A stretch of DNA of 64,000 nucleotides from Eledone cirrhosa (lineage: Eukaryota). Shown piece after piece: positions 57,368-64,000 of the stretch (position 1 is the stretch's first letter; the number at the start of each line of letters is the position of its first letter). Under the pieces are notes generated by a model. The model was not told the origin of the DNA. It saw nothing but the letters and a program-made list of their open reading frames with translations, and made no database searches. The stretch is from NCBI GenBank assembly GCA_964016885.1, contig OZ024743.1:105834001-105898000 (forward strand). Direction: 5' to 3'. Both the position numbers and the translations under genes were made by a program.

Positions 57368-60300
57368 TAGTTCAATATTCCTTGTCTGGCTTTCTGGAGA
57401 ATAGAGGAAAGGTGTTGCCACAAAAACCAGTATGACTCTAAAAACCGGTTTGTCTGTGTGTTTACATACAGAATAGCTGGACACTCACAGTAAAGTGACC
57501 AGTGAAAAACTCGGTACATCTACATATGTATACGTGTGTGTATTCATATGCATACTAGTATTTCAGTATACATATGTGGATGTACATTTTTAACTTAATT
57601 GTTTAAGCGTCAGTCATACAAAAGTGAGTTACAAACGAAACGAAATTTAATTTCGTTTCGTTATTTGTTTTTATCGTCTCCGTTGAACCGGTACGTACTC
57701 ACGCTCTATGCAAATTAGTCTGCCCACTACTAATTTTCATAGAAAAAGCATATAACGATATGTGCTTTTACGATTCTCTAGAGAGGCCGGAAGATAGGTA
57801 AATATTGCTGATGAGATGTAACAACATCGAAACTAGTTCAATATTCCTTGTCTGGCTTTCTGGAGAATAGAGGAAAGGTGTTTCCTCAAAAACCAGTATG
57901 ACTCTAAAAACCGGTTTGTCTGTGTGTTTACATACAGAATAGCTGAACACTCACAGTAAAGTGTCCAGTGAAAAACTCGGTACATCTACATATGTATACG
58001 TGTGTGTATTCATATGCATACTAGTATTTCAGTATACATATGTGGATGTACATTTTTAACTTAATTGTTTAAGCGTCAGTCATACAAAAGTGAGTTACAA
58101 ACGAAACGAAATTTAGTTTCGTTTCGTTATTTGTTTTTATCGTCTCCGTTGAACCGGTACGTACTCACGCTCTATGCAAATTAGTCTGCCCACTACTAAT
58201 TTTCATAGAAAAAGCATATAACGATATGTGCTTTTACGATTCTCTAGAGAGGCCGGAAGATAGGTAAATATTGCTGATGAGATGTAACAACATCGAAACT
58301 AGTTCAATATTCCTTGTCTGGCTTTCTGGCGAATAGAGGAAAGGTGTTTCCTCAAAAACCAGTATGACTCTAAAAACCGGTTTGTCTGTGTGTTTACATA
58401 CAGAATAGCTGGACACTCACAGTAAAGTGACCAGTGAAAAACTCGGTACATCTACATATGTATACGTGTGTGTATTCATATGCATACTAGTATTTCAGTA
58501 TACATATGTGGATGTACATTTTTAACTTAATTGTTTAAGCGTCAGTCATACAAAAGTGAGTTACAAACGAAACGAAATTTAATTTCGTTTCGTTATTTGT
58601 TTTTATCGTCTCCGTTGAACCGGTACGTACTCACGCTCTATGCAAATTAGTCTGCCCACTACTAATTTTCATAGAAAAAGCATATAACGATATGTGCTTT
58701 TACGATTCTCTAGAGAGGCCGGAAGATAGGTAAATATTGCTGATGAGATGTAACAACATGGAAACTAGTTCAATATTCCTTGTCTGGCTTTCTGGAGAAT
58801 AGAGGAAAGGTGTTTCCTCAAAAACCAGTATGACTCTAAAAACCGGTTTGTCTGTGTGTTTACATACAGAATAGCTGGACACTCACAGTAAAGTGACCAG
58901 TGAAAAACTCGGTACATCTACATATGTATACGTGTGTGTATTCATATGCATACTAGTATTTCAGTATACATATGTGGATGTACATTTTTAACTTAATTGT
59001 TTAAGCGTCAGTCATACAAAAGTGAGTTACAAACGAAACGAAATTTAATTTCGTTTCGTTATTTGTTTTTATCGTCTCCGTTGAACCGGTACGTACTCAC
59101 GCTCTATGCAAATTAGTCTGCCCACTACTAATTTTCATAGAAAAAGCATATAACGATATGTGCTTTTACGATTCTCTAGAGAGGCCGGAAGATAGGTAAA
59201 TATTGCTGATGAGATGTAACAACATCGAAACTAGTTCAATATTCCTTGTCTGGCTTTCTGGAGAATAGAGGAAAGGTGTTTCCTCAAAAACCAGTATGAC
59301 TCTAAAAACCGGTTTGTCTGTGTGTTTACATACAGAATAGCTGGACACTCACAGTAAAGTGACCAGTGAAAAACTCGGTACATCTACATATGTATACGTG
59401 TGTGTATTCATATGCATACTAGTATTTCAGTATACATATGTGGATGTACATTTTTAACTTAATTGTTTAAGCGTCAGTCATACAAAAGTGAGTTACAAAC
59501 GAAACGAAATTTAATTTCGTTTCGTTATTTGTTTTTATCGTCTCCGTTGAACCGGTACGTACTCACGCTCTATGCAAATTAGTCTGCCCACTACTAATTT
59601 TCATAGAAAAAGCATATAACGATATGTGCTTTTACGATTCTCTAGATAGGCCGGAAGATAGGTAAATATTGCTGATGAGATGTAACAACATCGAAACTAG
59701 TTCAATATTCCTTGTCTGGCTTTCTGGAGAATAGAGGAAAGGTGTTTCCTCAAAAACCAGTATGACTCTAAAAACCGGTTTGTCTGTGTGTTTACATACA
59801 GAATAGCTGGACACTCACAGTAAAGTGACCAGTGAAAAACTCGGTACATCTACATATGTATACGTGTGTGTATTCATATGCATACTAGTATTTCAGTATA
59901 CATATGTGGATGTACATTTTTAACTTAATTCTTTAAGCGTCAGTCATACAAAAGTGAGTTACAAACGAAACGAAATTTAATTTCGTTTCGTTATTTGTTT
60001 TTATCGTCTCCGTTGAACCGGTACGTACTCACGCTCTATGCAAATTATTCTGCCCACTACTAATTTTCATAGAAAAAGCATATAACGATATGTGCTTTTA
60101 CGATTCTCTAGAGAGGCCGGAAGATAGGTAAATATTGCTGATGAGATGTAACAACATCGAAACTAGTTCAATATTCCTTGTCTGGCTTTCTGGAGAATAG
60201 AGGAAAGGTGTTTCCTCAAAAACCAGTATGACTCTAAAAACCGGTTTGTCTGTGTGTTTACATACAGAATAGCTGGACACTCACAGTAAAGTGTCCAGTG

Positions 60301-60866
60301 AAAAACTCGGTACATCTACATATGTATACGTGTGTGTATTCATATGCATACTAGTATTTCAGTATACATATGTGGATGTACATTTTTAACTTAATTGTTT
60401 AAGCGTCAGTCATACAAAAGTGAGTTACAAACGAAACGAAATTTAATTTCGTTTCGTTATTTGTTTTTATCGTCTCCGTTGAACCGGTACGTACTCACGC
60501 TCTATGCAAATTAGTCTGCCCACTACTAATTTTCATAGAAAAAGCATATAACGATATGTGCTTTTACGATTCTCTAGAGAGGCCGGAAGATAGGTAAATA
60601 TTGCTGATGAGATGTAACAACATCGAAACTAGTTCAATATTCCTTGTCTGGCTTTCTGGAGAATAGAGGAAAGGTGTTTCCTCAAAAACCAGTATGACTC
60701 TAAAAACCGGTTTGTCTGTGTGTTTACATACAGAATAGCTGGACACTCACAGTAAAGTGACCAGTGAAAAACTCGGTACATCTACATATGTATACGTGTG
60801 TGTATTCATATGCATACTAGTATTTCAGTATACATATGTGGATGTACATTTTTAACTTAATTGTTT
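57366..60866 (+). mobile_element. 466-bp hammerhead-bearing tandem array, right (inverted) block (~7.5 units; ribozyme on plus strand)
   Basis: HHRs begin at 57801, 58267, 58733, 59199, 59665, 60131, 60597; block ends in (TA)n. Confidence 0.95.
57801..57845 (+). ncRNA. Type I hammerhead ribozyme (first of 7 plus-strand copies)
   Basis: AATATTGCTGATGAGATGTAACAACATCGAAACTAGTTCAATATT. Confidence 0.93.
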
Positions 60867-61028
60867 ATATATATATATATATATCTTGCTTCTGCTGGAC
60901 ACCACCAGAGGGCGTTAGCCCCCCTCCCCGGTGTTTGCATATCTACGGCTTTCTAAAACCGTATTTCTTTGGAGATACGAAATATTTATACATATTGTAT
61001 AAAGCTATGCTTGAAGCGAAATCCTATT

Positions 61029-61111
<83 letters not shown>

Positions 61112-61112
61112 G

Positions 61113-61148
<36 letters not shown>

Positions 61149-61194
61149 CATATATATGCGTGTGTGTGTGTATATTAATATACATACATATATT

Positions 61195-61273
<79 letters not shown>

Positions 61274-62139
61274 TGTATATATATATATGTATGTAACGAT
61301 ACACAAACATATATATTCATATATACATGTGTGTGTACGATAAAGTTTGTTGTGCCTATCCGAAGCATTTATTTTAACAAAGTAAAAAATAAATAGAGCT
61401 GCATTCCTCTCTCAATCTTTACATACCCCACCTGCGAACTAGTTATGAATATATTATTTTCGTTCTATGGGGAATAAGATAGAAATTCCTCAACCACGGG
61501 TAATGTTTACTTCTGTTTCATCACGGTGTGGTTGCAGAGCAATTTACATCGGAATACCCTTACTGACACTCAACTTGATACCCTTCTTGAAATAAAGATA
61601 TAAACAAAAAAATAACAATTTTACCTGAATTTTCTGTATACGAAGCATATACAGGGCTTTCTAAATATAAAACGTTTATAGCTATAATAATCTTCAACAT
61701 TGCGATCACGTTTCTTCACACAGCTATTCAACACAGTTTGATACCGATTGACTTACTCATGTTTGGCATGACGTCCGTAGCTAATTTTGCCAAGCTAGAC
61801 ACATCTTTGTGGGCTCGATTCTACCTGCACGACACCAAATAATCTATTGGGTGTGGTCGACTGGCATCAAACTGTTTATTCGTAATGATTATAAAAATAG
61901 AGAAATGTGTCTTCATTTTCCTCTTGTTGATGAATATTCTACAAACGACGAATAAACTTTTCTGAAATATTCAGATAAACAAAGTTTAGCAGATCATTTA
62001 TCGTGAGCTGCAAATATTTTGGTGGATATGAAATGAAATTAGAACCGTAAATATAAGTAACATCATTAATAAAAATCATATTTAATGAAAGAAAAACATG
62101 AAAACTGTTGAGTGTTTGTCTTTCTGTGTGTAGCTATGT

Positions 62140-62390
62140 CTAAAGTCTAAAGTCTGTCTAGAGACCAGGAGCTCATCCGGACGGTGCTTATCCCTGTTTC
62201 TGTGGCGTGAATTGACTGAGAGTACAAGACTCGCACCTGGACAGAGTGCCAGTCCGTCCCAGAGTTAAAAACCCCCTACTATTGTTGTTACTTACTTTTA
62301 GCTGCAGCAACCTCAAACATATAACCCAGTCTGGGAATCGAAACCATGGCATTATGATCGAAATTCCAACTCACTTACCACCTGAGCGGG
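62140..62390 (-). mobile_element. Old tRNA-derived SINE-like element (third family)
   Basis: Minus strand GGTTTCGATTCCC B-box-like motif near the 5' end; short (AAAGTCT)2 tail at the other end. Confidence 0.5.
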
Positions 62391-62513
62391 AATATGCAAC
62401 AGTTGATTGTCGCTGCTCATATTTCATGCTGTGTACTCAGGGGATGGATGTGTAATGCGAAGCACAGAATATATTTGGCTCGGTTGAAATTCCAACTACA
62501 TTGTAAGGACACC

Positions 62514-62604
<91 letters not shown>

Positions 62605-62796
62605 ATATATATATATATATATATTTGTTTTTCCTTTTCCGTACAATTCCACTCGAACCGAGGTGAAACATTTGTTCTTGGTATGGTGAACTAACTGTTG
62701 TGGAACTACCTATATATATGCATAACAGCGAATATGAGTAAACGAAGTTAATTTTAACCTATTGATACACACTTCTTCATTATATATATATATATA

Positions 62797-63012
62797 TCCC
62801 GCCGAGGTTAACTTTGCCTTTCATCCTTACGCGGTCGATAAAATAAAGTACCAGTAATGCATTGGAATAATTGGTGGCCTTGTGCCAAACGTAGAAACAA
62901 TTATATATATATAAATATATATATAAATATATATATAAATATATATATATATAATCGTTTCTACGTTTGGCACAAGGCCACCAATTATTCCAATGCATTA
63001 CTGGTACTTTAT
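62797..63012. mobile_element. Two truncated OR2-like SINE 3' ends in inverted orientation around (TA)n
   Basis: 62797-62902 (+) and 62953-63012 (-) share AAAGTACCAGTAATGCATTGGAATAATTGGTGGCCTTGTGCCAAACGTAGAAAC. Confidence 0.8.
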
Positions 63013-63014
63013 AT

Positions 63015-64000
63015 AACAAAGGAATTGTGGTAAGGAACCAGATGGACCATAACGCACCAGAGTACTCAATACTTAGTGTAGTAGAGTGGGGAATAGGAAA
63101 AAGTATGACCCAGATGGCAGAGCTCAAGCCGTTTCGACGGCTATTTCTGGACTAAATTCTAATTTTTAGCCTGGTGAATAAATACCCGAATATGTCAAGG
63201 GGGTATTTCCTTATATGGGAAGATTGTAGTTGTCAAGAGGATTGGTTAACATTTGTTGTAAACGCAAATAAGTCTATCATGGCATTTTGTGGGAGGTATG
63301 GGTGGCTGAACTTGCCTGTAGAACAATAGGGGAGTGAGTGGAGCGGTCAAGCATTGGAAGTGATATGTATACAGCAGATTCTAAGGATAGTGTATGAAGT
63401 GGAGGAGGGAGGTTATAGAATAGGTAAATCGAATGAGAGCAGGAGACAATGAAAAATAATAGAAAGAAAGAAAAAATTATGTAAAATTAGATAGTGAGAA
63501 ATGAATAAAAAAATCACAATGCTATCTTACAATGACAGGTTAATAAGTTGAGCATAGAAAAAAACTTGTAGAAATTGAGTAGTACCAGAACTGATACAAA
63601 ATTAAAGGGGTTTAACACGTCTGCTATAAGTAGTTAATAAAACGTGTTCGGCCAATTCTATCTTAAAATTACAGGGGTGGGGGAACTGATGCTACAGAGG
63701 CCTGATGGGATACATCGGGTAGGCGAAAGGGGAAAAGGATACGATGAAGAAAATAGGGGGTGGAAGGAAGAGATAGGATGAGACAGGGGGAAGAAAAAGA
63801 CAAAGAGACAAAGAAAAGAAAAGAGATACATCTACCCATGTAAGCTGGGGTTTCCCCTAACTTATTCGGCAAGTGTGTGTGAGGGGTATCAGCCCTTGTC
63901 TACCCACCCGGGTCATTATGGGGTTTGAGGGCGAGGTAAGTCCTACACAATCTGTGTTTGCATACGGTTACCAGCTCGTCTTTCTAGTTTAGGAGTTGGT
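63015..64000 (-). mobile_element. Longer member of the 9849/24766 terminal-fragment family (probable PLE 3' UTR), runs off the window
   Basis: 63015-63152 matches the unpaired tail and arm of 9849-9985 and 24766-24900; no ORF visible here. Confidence 0.5.

Noticed and set aside
53273-60746. Sixteen repeated 60-aa ORFs (MSSYSVCKH...)
   Set aside because: GTG start, no recognisable domain, antisense to the ribozyme strand; a by-product of the tandem repeat.
53083-60866. CRISPR-like array or plain satellite
   Set aside because: No unique spacers or cas genes and a eukaryotic context; the ribozyme, inversion and (TA)n flanks argue against an ordinary satellite.
60948-61005. Hammerhead-shaped fold GCUUU CUAAAAC...GUAUUUC/GAGAUAC GAAA...AAAGC
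   Set aside because: Core too far from CUGANGA and no clean cleavage triplet; at best a relic.

Overview
AT-rich, microsatellite-dense eukaryotic intergenic DNA with no recognisable host gene, rRNA or CRISPR. The tRNA-derived SINEs suggest an octopod cephalopod (inference). The window is a nest of mostly decayed mobile elements: several Penelope-like elements (PLEs; Naiad-, Neptune- and probably Nematis-like RT + GIY-YIG), RTE, L1/Tx1 and R4/Dong LINE relics, a mariner, Helitron-like modules and SINEs. Many sit inside (TA)n tracts and carry a head-to-head 5' inversion. The main finding is a 7.8-kb non-coding array (53083-60866) of a 466-bp, hairpin-rich monomer. Each full monomer carries a type I hammerhead ribozyme (HHR) motif with Schistosoma-Sm-alpha-like geometry and a palindromic CUAG loop III (16 full copies). 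The array is split into two head-to-head blocks whose junction falls beside the ribozyme cleavage site. A diverged ~430-bp relative at ~23790-24536 has compensatory changes in hammerhead stem I. Together these look like a retrozyme (self-cleaving, probably circRNA-forming, PLE-mobilised) family. About ten further intact or degenerate HHR motifs mark PLE termini, two with ~90-100-nt stem II extensions. All structures were folded by eye. No activity, expression or database novelty could be tested.
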